DNA of 27,191 bases. Origin: a virus (taxonomy: Duplodnaviria > Caudoviricetes). Location: IMG/VR virus record IMGVR_UViG_3300032247_001156, positions 1 through 27,191 of that record; one strand, 5' to 3'. Within the stretch, counting starts at the first letter, position 1. The number at the start of each line of letters is the position of its first letter. The notes beneath the pieces were generated by a model, which had not been told where the DNA came from, ran no database searches, and saw only the letters and a list, made by a program, of their open reading frames with translations. Positions 17,971 through 25,742 of this stretch are shown here, in pieces. The translations under genes were made by a program, and so were the position numbers.

Positions 17971-18534
17971 ATGCCCATCGCGCGCATTGTAGACGGAACG
18001 ATCACCGAAGAGCGAGCCATTCTGATCGCCGACGTGCCCGAGCACAAGCGCTCCGGCTGGCTTCCGATCGAGGGCGAGCGCCCCGTGATCGACGGGCGCA
18101 CACACACGATCACCGGCCCCGTCTATCAGATCGAGGCCGCGCGCGTGCTGCGGGTGTGGACGGTGACGGCGCGTGATCTGGCGACCGTCAAGGCCGAGAC
18201 TAAGGCCCGCATTAGCAGCGACGCCGAGGCCAACCGCCATCGCTACATCACACCCGGCTCAGGCAAAGCGATGTCGTATCAGCAGGTTGCGCAAGAGGCG
18301 ATCCGCTACGGCGCCACGGGTGGCGCGGGTGCCTATCCGTTCTTGCGAGCGCGCGTGGCCTCCGGCCGGTATCCGGATCTTCCGACCGCAGCAGCCGCCA
18401 CGCAGCAGATCGAGGCGCAGTGGGCGGCGATCGGATCGGCCATAGACCAAGTTGAGGACGCCGCGAAGATCGCGATCGACGCTGCGACGACGGTGGAGCA
18501 GGTGCTGGCGGCAACGGTGGTGACGTGGCCATGA
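17971..18534 (+). CDS. Tail fibre assembly chaperone-like protein (DUF4376-like)
   Basis: ATG 17971 after AAGGGA, rather than the track start at 17755. RYITPGSGKAMSYQQ..EA and C-terminal AKIAIDAATTVEQV...VTWP. Confidence 0.75.
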   Translation: MPIARIVDGTITEERAILIADVPEHKRSGWLPIEGERPVIDGRTHTITGPVYQIEAARVLRVWTVTARDLATVKAETKARISSDAEANRHRYITPGSGKAMSYQQVAQEAIRYGATGGAGAYPFLRARVASGRYPDLPTAAAATQQIEAQWAAIGSAIDQVEDAAKIAIDAATTVEQVLAATVVTWP

Positions 18535-19259
18535 CACCCGCCAGCATCCGCAACAACAACCCCGGCGCGCAAGAGCCGGGGCAGAGTTCGAAAAAGTTCG
18601 GGAGCACTTCGTTCGAGACGCTGCGTTGGCAGGGACCGGACGGCAAGCCCAAGACGAACCGGATCGCGACGTTCCCGACGCCACAGCACGGCGCTGCGGC
18701 CATGTTCGATTTGCTCGAGCGCAGGTACACGGGCAAGCCGTTGAAAGAGGGGATCGCCACATGGTGCGGCTCGTATTGGTCGGGCGAGTATGCGGCGAGC
18801 GTCGAGAAGTCATGCGGGATCTCAGGCGGACAGATCCTCACCAAAGAGCTGGTGAGGTCGTCGGAGCACGCGATTCCGCTGGCTATGGCTATGGCCAAGG
18901 TCGAGGCTGGTCGAGATTTCCCGATGGATAAGGACGGCTGGGACGACGCGCACCGGATGGCGTTTTCTGAGCAGCTGGCACCAGCGCCGTCCGCTGACAA
19001 TGACGTGCCGTTCCAGAAGCCAGAGGGACGGCTTCGGGAGGTCATTGCTTCCTACACGAAGATCGGTGCTGGAATTTCCGTGCCGGCTGTACCGGCCGCC
19101 TACACGACCAGCGTGGCCAATGCGCAGAGCTGGCAGGGCGTAGGGGATCAGCTCGCGGGAATGGTCAAGTGGGCCGTGTCGTCGCCGCTCGCTTTAGGCA
19201 TTCTGGTCGCCACTGCCGCGCTACTGGCTCTGCCGAAGCTGCTGGGAGGCAAAACATGA
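18531..19259 (+). CDS. Putative endolysin (RNNNPG lysozyme-like family) with hydrophobic C-terminus
   Basis: SIRNNNPG, F-P-T-P-Q-H-G-A-A-A and AMAKVEAG motifs. Precedes the spanins. C-terminal SPLALGILVATAALLAL. Confidence 0.7.
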   Translation: MTPASIRNNNPGAQEPGQSSKKFGSTSFETLRWQGPDGKPKTNRIATFPTPQHGAAAMFDLLERRYTGKPLKEGIATWCGSYWSGEYAASVEKSCGISGGQILTKELVRSSEHAIPLAMAMAKVEAGRDFPMDKDGWDDAHRMAFSEQLAPAPSADNDVPFQKPEGRLREVIASYTKIGAGISVPAVPAAYTTSVANAQSWQGVGDQLAGMVKWAVSSPLALGILVATAALLALPKLLGGKT

Positions 19260-19486
19260 TCTGGCTGGCTCAGTTCGCGGCAACTCTTGGAGGCCGCCTG
19301 TCGATCGTTGGCGGGGCCGTAGCGGCCCTGTTCACAGCGTACCAGTTGACCAAGCATCAGGGCGTGAAGCAAGAACGCGTGCGCGTCGAGATCCAAGGGA
19401 AAAAGGTCGATGCGCAAGCTGGTTCCAAGCGCGCTGCTGCTGAGCGCGACCCTGACGGGGTGCTCAAGCGATATTTCCGCGATTAA
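19256..19486 (+). CDS. i-spanin (Rz-like)
   Basis: ATGA overlap. N-terminal TM segment followed by a short charged helix. Overlapped by a lipoprotein gene. Confidence 0.72.
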   Translation: MIWLAQFAATLGGRLSIVGGAVAALFTAYQLTKHQGVKQERVRVEIQGKKVDAQAGSKRAAAERDPDGVLKRYFRD

Positions 19487-19664
19487 GGGCGGTCCGATCT
19501 GCAACAACCTGCAGCCGGTGACGGTGTCTCGCAAGGACGTTCTGACGGATCGAACCAAGCAGTCGATTGCCGGCACGAATGCCGTGATCGAGACGTGGTG
19601 CGGTGAACGTCCCATCGCGAAAGAGCCCGCAAAGCCGGATCAAAAAGTGGCTTCTGCTGGCTAG
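19410..19664 (+). CDS. o-spanin (Rz1-like lipoprotein)
   Basis: Signal peptide MRKLVPSALLLSATLTGC with lipobox LTG-C. Starts inside the i-spanin gene in another frame. Confidence 0.8.
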   Translation: MRKLVPSALLLSATLTGCSSDISAIKGGPICNNLQPVTVSRKDVLTDRTKQSIAGTNAVIETWCGERPIAKEPAKPDQKVASAG

Positions 19665-19746
19665 GACATGATCCCTACGCGTTGCGTTCAACCCCAAACA
19701 GAATTATGCAAACAACGAGTTTTAGCGATGGCCGCAACACTCACCG

Positions 19747-20013
19747 ATGAGACCATTACGCATGCGGTGGAACACATTCGGCAACGCAATGCTGGATATT
19801 CGCGAGATGCTCGGGCGCATCGAGGAACGGCTGACCCACAACACGGACCGCCTCGACAACATAGAGCAGCGGCTGCACAAGGTGGAGATCCGAGAGCCGT
19901 TCAAACCGGCGGATCTGCTGCCGTGGTTGTACGGGTTGCTGATCTTGGGCTCAGTCCTGCTCGGCAAAATGTCCGTCCTCGACGCGCTCGGCCTCATCAG
20001 GTCGCAACACTAG
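19747..20013 (+). CDS. Coiled-coil plus TM protein (holin/XhlA-like candidate)
   Basis: LGRIEERL..RLDNIEQRL followed by LLPWLYGLLILGSVLLG. Start uncertain, possibly 19789. Confidence 0.55.
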   Translation: MRPLRMRWNTFGNAMLDIREMLGRIEERLTHNTDRLDNIEQRLHKVEIREPFKPADLLPWLYGLLILGSVLLGKMSVLDALGLIRSQH

Positions 20014-20097
20014 GATGGTTCTGGACTGGGATCTGCTGCGTGACGGCCGGCGTGCTGCTGGTGATTTGAGACCGGCCCTCTCTGCCATTTGTTGCGA

Positions 20098-20331
20098 TTA
20101 CTGAGAAGCGGAAGTCGAGCGCTCGATCCGCTTCACGCTCCATGACCACTTATCCGGCAGTGACCGGCCCGCGATCAATCCTTCACGCTCCGCGTCGTTC
20201 CAATCGCACGCAAACACCCGCAAAACCTCGTCCCTTGTCGGGTAGTCAACGCGATCAACGAGGTACGGGTGGCGTCCGTCCAAACGCACCGTCACGTCGT
20301 ATGGATAGCGCTTTGTCCACGGAAACCGCAT
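20098..20331 (-). CDS. Hypothetical protein (77 aa)
   Basis: MRFPWTKRYPY... follows GAGGA. The longer track ORF overlaps the neighbouring gene. Confidence 0.6.
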   Translation of the reverse strand: MRFPWTKRYPYDVTVRLDGRHPYLVDRVDYPTRDEVLRVFACDWNDAEREGLIAGRSLPDKWSWSVKRIERSTSASQ

Positions 20332-20369
20332 GTCCGCTAATTCCTCTGAGCCGACATCGGCCCGGCCCT

Positions 20370-20621
20370 TTATGCGCGCCGCAGATAGGTGCGGACAGCC
20401 TCTAGTTCTGGGGCGTGGTCGACCATGCCCTCTGCGACCTTCGTCTTTGTAAACCCTACCATTGCCGTGAGCGCCGCACGTGCTAACTCGATTTCGGCGG
20501 CAGCCTCCAGCATAAGAGCTTCCCACTTGAGAAGGTCATGCTTGTCAAGTGTGCCGTCTCGCCAAGTCTCGTGGACATCGGCTTCGGAAATAACTTTCAG
20601 CCTCTCCACAATGTCGGCCAT
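20370..20621 (-). CDS. Hypothetical protein
   Basis: MADIVERL...LMLEAAAEIE..RAAL pattern common in phage early genes. Confidence 0.68.
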   Translation of the reverse strand: MADIVERLKVISEADVHETWRDGTLDKHDLLKWEALMLEAAAEIELARAALTAMVGFTKTKVAEGMVDHAPELEAVRTYLRRA

Positions 20622-20630
20622 GTGTTGGGC

Positions 20631-20684
20631 CTAAGCGCGGATCGCGTCGGCATCGATGCGGTTGCGGTTTGGGTGGTTGGTCAT
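20631..20684 (-). CDS. 17-aa MTNHPNR mini-ORF or gene remnant
   Basis: GGAGA RBS then MTNHPNRNRIDADAIRA-TAG, in frame with the downstream ORF. Confidence 0.5.
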   Translation of the reverse strand: MTNHPNRNRIDADAIRA

Positions 20685-20729
20685 CTGTCTGTCTCCGCCC
20701 CTGATGTCCCGCGAGGCGCCGGTCTGATG

Positions 20730-20821
20730 ATGTGAATATATAGCAGTCGCCGCTTGCCTTAGCAATAGAAAGTTATTAACAAGTCTAGACACTTTCTAAT
20801 GCGTCATGTATGTTCTATTCC
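20730..20821. promoter_or_regulatory. AT-rich divergent promoter/operator region
   Basis: Inverted repeat GCAATAGAAAGT (20762-20773) / ACTTTCTAATGC (20791-20802) with 1 mismatch. Palindrome GTCTAGAC at 20783-20790. Flanked by divergent genes. Confidence 0.65.
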
Positions 20822-21001
20822 ATGGATATGACAAGACTCAAAAAGATGATCGGCCTCGCGCTCGATCCTGATCTCCTGGCCCGCCTGGAAAAGTGGCGGC
20901 TTGCGCAGGATGTCCCCCCTAGCAAAACAGCTATCCACGAGACTGCGTTGCGAGAGTTCCTAGAGCGCCGCGAGAGCGATCCTGCCAAGGGGAGGCGCTG
21001 A
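20822..21001 (+). CDS. Ribbon-helix-helix (Arc/CopG-like) regulator
   Basis: KKMIGLALDPDLLARLEKW...PSKTAIHETALREFLERR gives a strand-helix-helix pattern. No RBS, so possibly leaderless. Start 20810, 20822 or 20828. Confidence 0.75.
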   Translation: MDMTRLKKMIGLALDPDLLARLEKWRLAQDVPPSKTAIHETALREFLERRESDPAKGRR

Positions 21002-21162
21002 TGCACTATGTCTATGGGCTTTTCGAATGCGGGGTCTGCATCTACGTCGGCAGGACAATCAGCCCGTCGCGACGAAAGCGGCAGCATCGACGCGCGAGCA
21101 GAGGCGTTGAGTTCCGCATCTTTCGGGAGTTTGACGACGGGTTCAAGGCCATCGCGAAATGA
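21001..21162 (+). pseudogene. Truncated GIY-YIG nuclease (53 aa, not in ORF track)
   Basis: MHYVYGL...CIYVGRTISPSRRKRQH...AIAK*. TGATG-coupled to the RHH gene with a GGAGG RBS. Stops where the catalytic Glu helix is expected. Confidence 0.65.
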
Positions 21163-21178
21163 CAGGATTGCTAACACC

Positions 21179-21508
21179 GTGCAAGTCGGCGACAAATATC
21201 TGAGGCCAAAGCAACGGCACAACGGCGGCCGAAAGTGGGAGCCGGTCTACGTCGTCGGCGAGACGCGCGTGTCATGGATCGTGTCTCCGTACCAAGGCTT
21301 GCGCTTAGATCATCCGGCGGCGGAGAAGCGTCCGAAGAAAGACGGCATGCCGCCGCTTTGGGCTCGGGACGAAGCGCACGCGGCGGAGCTTGACGCCTGC
21401 GCCGCTCGCTCGCGTGCGATTGAGCGAAAGCTGCGCGACTACTCCTTTCGGCCGACTGACGCACAGTTGGAAGCTATCGCCCGGATAATGGGCTGGGAGC
21501 AAATTTAG
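21179..21508 (+). CDS. Hypothetical protein
   Basis: Likely GTG start after AGGA. Contains VVGETRVSWIV and C-terminal AQLEAIARIMGW. Confidence 0.62.
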   Translation: MQVGDKYLRPKQRHNGGRKWEPVYVVGETRVSWIVSPYQGLRLDHPAAEKRPKKDGMPPLWARDEAHAAELDACAARSRAIERKLRDYSFRPTDAQLEAIARIMGWEQI

Positions 21509-21518
21509 GCAGCCGAGC

Positions 21519-21713
21519 ATGTCGGAACAAAAGACGTACCCGCTATTTGAGGATGTCGAACGCATCGGCATGCAAGTGGGATATGCCGTGATGTCGATCA
21601 CAAAGGACCAGGACGGGCACACGCTGACGATTTCACGTCTCAGCGATGAGCACGCGAAGCTGATCGCGGCGGCGATCGGTGACGATGATTTGTGGGTACA
21701 CATCGCGAAATGA
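21519..21713 (+). CDS. Hypothetical protein (64 aa)
   Basis: Fills the gap up to the convergence point with the minus-strand block. Confidence 0.6.
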   Translation: MSEQKTYPLFEDVERIGMQVGYAVMSITKDQDGHTLTISRLSDEHAKLIAAAIGDDDLWVHIAK

Positions 21714-21725
21714 AGGTAGGGTCGC

Positions 21726-22115
21726 TCACGTCTCCCTCCTCTGTATGGTGGCCAGACCTTCCGGCAGCGTCTCGTCAATCGGTGGCGTGACCACCGCGGC
21801 CTTGATGCCGAGCTCGTGGCAGACCCGGACCCATTCGGCCTGCAACCGCTCGAGCCGGTGTGTCGCGTCACGCTGGCGCTGCAGGTTCTTGGCGTAGGCG
21901 GTCGAGACTTCATCGACGCAGAGCTGCCAGGACTCGTGGTAGGCCGCGCGCTCGGTCTGGGCTTCGACGATCTCATTGTTGATGGCGACGATCATTTTGC
22001 GGAGCTTGTCGAGGCCGTTGGGGATCTCGACAACGTTCTCGCCTTCCGGCCGTGGCGCGTGCGTTGTCTCTGTCCGCTCCAGGCGCTTGACGAGGCCCTG
22101 TACCCATCCTGCCAT
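21726..22115 (-). CDS. Hypothetical coiled-coil protein
   Basis: GGAG RBS. Last gene of a tightly packed leftward operon. Confidence 0.68.
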   Translation of the reverse strand: MAGWVQGLVKRLERTETTHAPRPEGENVVEIPNGLDKLRKMIVAINNEIVEAQTERAAYHESWQLCVDEVSTAYAKNLQRQRDATHRLERLQAEWVRVCHELGIKAAVVTPPIDETLPEGLATIQRRET

Positions 22116-22116
22116 G

Positions 22117-22482
22117 TCACCGCTCCACCACTTGCCCGTTCATCTTCTTTTTGAACCGTGACCGCCGGCCGCACGGCATCGGCTTGGTCTTGGCTCGCTT
22201 CGCGCCGTAGTGGTACTCGGCCATGTCGCGGCCCTTCGCGCGCTCGGCGCTTTCCTGATCGGTCTTGACCCTTGCGCACTTCACATGCGCCGGCCGACGG
22301 TTGTCTGCGTCGTTGGTGCCGGTACGCCAGAGCGGGTCAACGTGCTCGTCCCACATCTCTTTGACGCCATCGATCTTGCCGCCGCAGATGCAGCAGATGC
22401 CGGCGTGCTTGATGAAAAGCTGTAGGCGCTGCTTGTCGGTGAGCGGCTTTCTTGGCGTGACCGCATAGGGGTTGTGGGTCAT
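22117..22482 (-). CDS. HNH endonuclease-family protein
   Basis: CCICGGKI...DEHVDPL..GTND.DNRRPAHVKC..KT plus a basic tail KKKMNGQVVER. Confidence 0.85.
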   Translation of the reverse strand: MTHNPYAVTPRKPLTDKQRLQLFIKHAGICCICGGKIDGVKEMWDEHVDPLWRTGTNDADNRRPAHVKCARVKTDQESAERAKGRDMAEYHYGAKRAKTKPMPCGRRSRFKKKMNGQVVER

Positions 22483-22970
22483 ATGGGGACCTCTGCCAGT
22501 AGCTCCCGCTTCGCCGTCGATTGCTTCCGCAGCGGCGGCATGATGTCCTCGGCCTTCAACCCGGTTTCAGCTTCGATGACCTCGGCGACGGCATCGAACA
22601 GCGCGCACGCGGCGAGATGGGGCAGCGTGTCGAAATCGATGCTCTTGCTCTCGACGATGTGGAACTTGGCCCCCACCTTAGAGGTGAAATGCATCGGGTG
22701 CGCGCTGGCGAGCTCGGCCGCGATCGCTGCAACCGCGCTCTCGACATCCATGCCGGTCGTGTCCACGGTCCTGACGTTGACATATCCGGCCTTGGCCTGG
22801 ATCCAGCGGCGAAGGTGCTCATCTGACACAGGCTGGAAGCGGTGCGTTGACGGCCAGTGCGAGTGAGCGGCACGGATCAGAGCAAAGTACCGGCGATGCT
22901 GCGGGACAGAGCGCGGCTTGCCCTTCGGCTTTGCGTCGAGCAATCCGCCGCAGTGGGGACAGCTACTCAT
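22479..22970 (-). CDS. NinB/DUF1367-like recombination accessory protein
   Basis: CPHC followed by KPRSVPQHRRYFALI...LRRWIQAKAGY...KSIDFDTL. Confidence 0.68.
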   Translation of the reverse strand: MSSCPHCGGLLDAKPKGKPRSVPQHRRYFALIRAAHSHWPSTHRFQPVSDEHLRRWIQAKAGYVNVRTVDTTGMDVESAVAAIAAELASAHPMHFTSKVGAKFHIVESKSIDFDTLPHLAACALFDAVAEVIEAETGLKAEDIMPPLRKQSTAKRELLAEVPI

Positions 22971-23184
22971 GATCGATCCCCAGTGCCGCGGCTGCCATGC
23001 GATAGGCTGACTTGGCTTGCCTCCGATCCGGCGCAGATGGAAACGCCAGCATTGCTTTCCTGAGCACCGGCAGCGCCGTTGTCAGTGCCAGACGGTCAGA
23101 TGCGTCCGGCTCCGTCTTTTCCTGACGGGACAGGGCTCCTGCAAGGATCTCCAGCGCTTGGCTGACGTTCGGTTCCGCGCCCAT
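22963..23184 (-). CDS. Hypothetical protein
   Basis: ATG 23184 after GAGGGG. Its stop overlaps the next start region. Confidence 0.58.
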   Translation of the reverse strand: MGAEPNVSQALEILAGALSRQEKTEPDASDRLALTTALPVLRKAMLAFPSAPDRRQAKSAYRMAAAALGIDHE

Positions 23185-23353
23185 GGTCCGTCCCCTCAAG
23201 GCTGTCGATGAGTTCTATGTGATCCACAACATCACACATGCGCAGGATCGGAAGATTAGCGTCGCGCATGTCATTGAGACGCGCGGCAATCCTGTAGGCT
23301 GGCCATCCGTGGCTGTACTTCTCGCGAATGTAGCTGGCCTCGAATACGGTCAT
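23096..23353 (-). CDS. Hypothetical protein, possible HTH
   Basis: ATGA overlap with the upstream gene and GGAGG RBS. YIREKYSHGWPAYRIAARLN. Confidence 0.55.
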   Translation of the reverse strand: MTVFEASYIREKYSHGWPAYRIAARLNDMRDANLPILRMCDVVDHIELIDSLEGTDHGRGTERQPSAGDPCRSPVPSGKDGAGRI

Positions 23354-23616
23354 GCCGCCCTCCCGTGCCGCCGGTGCCACAGACGCCAGCCGATCCTCCA
23401 GTCAAACGACTGCTTCTCATCATATGGCTGGCCACGCTCCGCGGCGTTATATCCCTGACGTAACGGCCAGTGGTCGACCTGAGCCCGAAGAGCTGAGAGG
23501 CTGACGGCCTGAGCCTCAAACTCCCGCCGCTTTGCCTCGCGCTGCCGCTGCGTTGACTGTTTGGATCGTCTCGCGCGCATGTATTCTCGCATCTCGTCTC
23601 TTGCGTAGGCCATCAC
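23350..23616 (-). CDS. Protein with Rmf/CrpP-like C-terminal motif
   Basis: QGYNAAERGQPY...DWRIGWR resembles the Rmf GY.AG..G...PY...W..GW pattern. Confidence 0.55.
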   Translation of the reverse strand: MMAYARDEMREYMRARRSKQSTQRQREAKRREFEAQAVSLSALRAQVDHWPLRQGYNAAERGQPYDEKQSFDWRIGWRLWHRRHGRAA

Positions 23617-24422
23617 GCTTCCTCCGCTGCCTCAACGATTGCGCCCGTCTCAGGATCGACCTCGATCTGAAAATCCTTAGCCCGATAGAAGAATGCCTCG
23701 TTCAGAAGGTTGGCCCACCGTCCAGGCATGGCGGACCATTCGTCGGCGTGCTCCTGTCGAAGCGTCATCAGATCGGACGCCTCGGGTGCCGCCTCGATAG
23801 CCTTCATCAGGTGGTCGAACGTCTCTTTCGTGCCGTCGCGCTTCGCCGCCGCGCTCGACTTGCGAGGCGGCGTGATGTCGACTGCCGCGACATCCTGCAT
23901 TTCCTCGGCAATGTAGAGGCCTGCTAAAGCGTCTGCCGCTCCGTCACGGGCTGCAAAGCCGCGCGCTCGCATTGCCAGCATGCGGTCTGGGTATTGCTTC
24001 CATGGGCCAGCCTTTCCCCACAGACCGGCCTGTATAGCGTCAGCGACGGAAAACCGGCGTTCGGTTACGGTTCCGTCCTTTCGAATGACGCGACAGACAG
24101 CAAATCGATTTTGCCCTGTCCCCTCGATGCGTTCATCGAGGCGAAACCCCTTCGACAGCAGAAGCCCGGCGACAACCGATCCAAACAAGGTCGGTCGGCC
24201 GTTGACGACTGCAATTCCGTTGAGCGCTGTCATCGGCGGCAAACCAATCTCTAGGCCATGGATAATAGCTATCGTGATCTGCTCTGGCGTCTTGAAAGAC
24301 GATGGCGCCATGCCGCTTTTATGTATGGCATTCGCCAACCTAAAAACCTCTTCTACATTTGTCGGGATGATACCCATAACCGGCGAACCGGCGCGCAGTT
24401 GAATAACAGTGCTCTCGCTCAT
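23613..24422 (-). CDS. RecT/Red-beta-like single-strand annealing protein
   Basis: GLEIGLPPMTALNGIAVVNGRPTL, FSVADA..AGLWGK.GPWKQYPDRML..RA..FA.RD...D.L.GLY.AEEMQD. Confidence 0.82.
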   Translation of the reverse strand: MSESTVIQLRAGSPVMGIIPTNVEEVFRLANAIHKSGMAPSSFKTPEQITIAIIHGLEIGLPPMTALNGIAVVNGRPTLFGSVVAGLLLSKGFRLDERIEGTGQNRFAVCRVIRKDGTVTERRFSVADAIQAGLWGKAGPWKQYPDRMLAMRARGFAARDGAADALAGLYIAEEMQDVAAVDITPPRKSSAAAKRDGTKETFDHLMKAIEAAPEASDLMTLRQEHADEWSAMPGRWANLLNEAFFYRAKDFQIEVDPETGAIVEAAEEA

Positions 24423-24628
24423 ACCCCGTATCCTCCGGCTTCGCGGTAGGTGCGGCCATGCACAATTCCGCTAACAACTCGTTCTGTCGTCATGAATAGT
24501 CTTGCGATAGACGCTATGCTCTCGCCCGCAATGTGGAACCAAGACCGCATGATGCACGCCTCGTCATCACAAACTTGGTATGGCCAATCTGGAATGTCCT
24601 TCCAAACTTCTCCCGTTGCATCAGTCAT
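24419..24628 (-). pseudogene. Internally deleted NUMOD4-HNH homing endonuclease (NUMOD4 start fused to HTH tail)
   Basis: EVWKDIPDWPYQV is joined directly to GESIASIARLFMTTERVVSGIVHGRTY. No HNH core. Confidence 0.65.
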
Positions 24629-24857
24629 TGCACACCCTCGGATTGTCGATCACGTCCATCTCGGCTATAATCAGTCGTCTGGCTTCGTCGGGATCATCGC
24701 CGTGCAACGCGGCTAGCTTTCGGTACGCCAGCCCGACCGTCTGCAGGCACACTGATCGCTGCATCGGAACGCTGGCGATCTCCGCCAAGCTGTCTCCAGC
24801 CGTCTTGATCGCCGGCCGTCTTGGGCGAAGCGTCGGAAACGGAATATGGTCGCTCAT
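24621..24857 (-). CDS. Hypothetical protein
   Basis: 78 aa. Its stop overlaps the next start region. Confidence 0.55.
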   Translation of the reverse strand: MSDHIPFPTLRPRRPAIKTAGDSLAEIASVPMQRSVCLQTVGLAYRKLAALHGDDPDEARRLIIAEMDVIDNPRVCND

Positions 24858-25044
24858 CCCTTGCCTCCTGACTGGCCTCGCTGCCCTCCACGATCAGCGC
24901 GAGAATCGCTCCAATCAGGACGGCCAGAATTACCGCGAGAAACCCAAGAGCTAGAGCGGACCACTCCATCCGAGATACTCTCCGCAAACTGGCGTACCAT
25001 CCACGTCGCGAGGCTTTCGCGGCATTTGCAGTTGAGTAAGTCAT
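24694..25044 (-). CDS. Small membrane protein
   Basis: ATGA overlap. TM segment ALALGFLAVILAVLIGAILALIV. The C-terminus runs into the next gene. Confidence 0.55.
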   Translation of the reverse strand: MTYSTANAAKASRRGWYASLRRVSRMEWSALALGFLAVILAVLIGAILALIVEGSEASQEARDERPYSVSDASPKTAGDQDGWRQLGGDRQRSDAAISVPADGRAGVPKASRVARR

Positions 25045-25292
25045 GGGCTGGGCAGCGCTCCATACTTGGCCTCCCGTGCTTTGAGCATCTGATCAGCATA
25101 GTGGTATGCAAATGCCGAAACGGCTTGCCCCACTTCGTCTCCGTCGTCGCAGTGGTCGTGCATGATTAGCCCGGTCAGAGCCGCCGCAGCGAAATAGTCT
25201 CTCAACGACATGCCCGGAAAAACCACACCGGGCTCAGGAGAATTAGGAAACGCCGGGCCACCTTCTTCGAGCCAAATCTCTGGACCTTCCAT
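25041..25292 (-). CDS. Conserved phage hypothetical protein
   Basis: GGPAFP...GMSLRDYFAAAAL.GL...AY..AD.ML..R motif. AGGAG RBS. Confidence 0.8.
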   Translation of the reverse strand: MEGPEIWLEEGGPAFPNSPEPGVVFPGMSLRDYFAAAALTGLIMHDHCDDGDEVGQAVSAFAYHYADQMLKAREAKYGALPSP

Positions 25293-25615
25293 CAGACCAA
25301 CTCCTCTTTCCGCAAGCGGTGCTCGTCGGCGAAGGACTCGAAGCTGTCATCGTCATCGTCCGTGAGATTGGAAATCTCTTCGGCGCATCCGATCTCGACG
25401 GAACGCGCCATCACTCGAAACTCAGGGGACGTGCGCTCGACGACGATGTCCGGCCGATCCTTGGCGGCATTCGCCAGCCTGATCTCAGTCACGCGGCCAG
25501 CGCTGTCGATATCCGCCTCGCCCATCAGATACGTGCCAGCGACCTCGTAGACGCCAGCAATGCCAAGTCTGAGTGCAACGTCATGAAACTCGATGGTTGC
25601 GAATGGATAGCTCAT
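25292..25615 (-). CDS. Hypothetical protein
   Basis: AGGAG RBS. Acidic C-terminus. TGATG coupling. Confidence 0.7.
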   Translation of the reverse strand: MSYPFATIEFHDVALRLGIAGVYEVAGTYLMGEADIDSAGRVTEIRLANAAKDRPDIVVERTSPEFRVMARSVEIGCAEEISNLTDDDDDSFESFADEHRLRKEELV

Positions 25616-25742
25616 GTCCAGTCTCCTGAAAGTTGCGCCGGGGTCGGATACATCCCCCGCAGGCTATCCGACCCCGGCTACGTGCCGGCTCCCTAGAACC
25701 CCCTGGAGAACCGGTTGTCTCGGCGTGCCCGCTGCCGAAAAA

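Noticed and set aside
20700-20745. CTGATGA suggesting a hammerhead ribozyme
   Set aside because: No stem II followed by GAAA, and no supporting stems.
21008-21178. Ser-rich N-terminal extension of the 166-aa track ORF
   Set aside because: It overlaps the GIY-YIG frame, which has the better RBS and motifs. A start near 21179 is more plausible.
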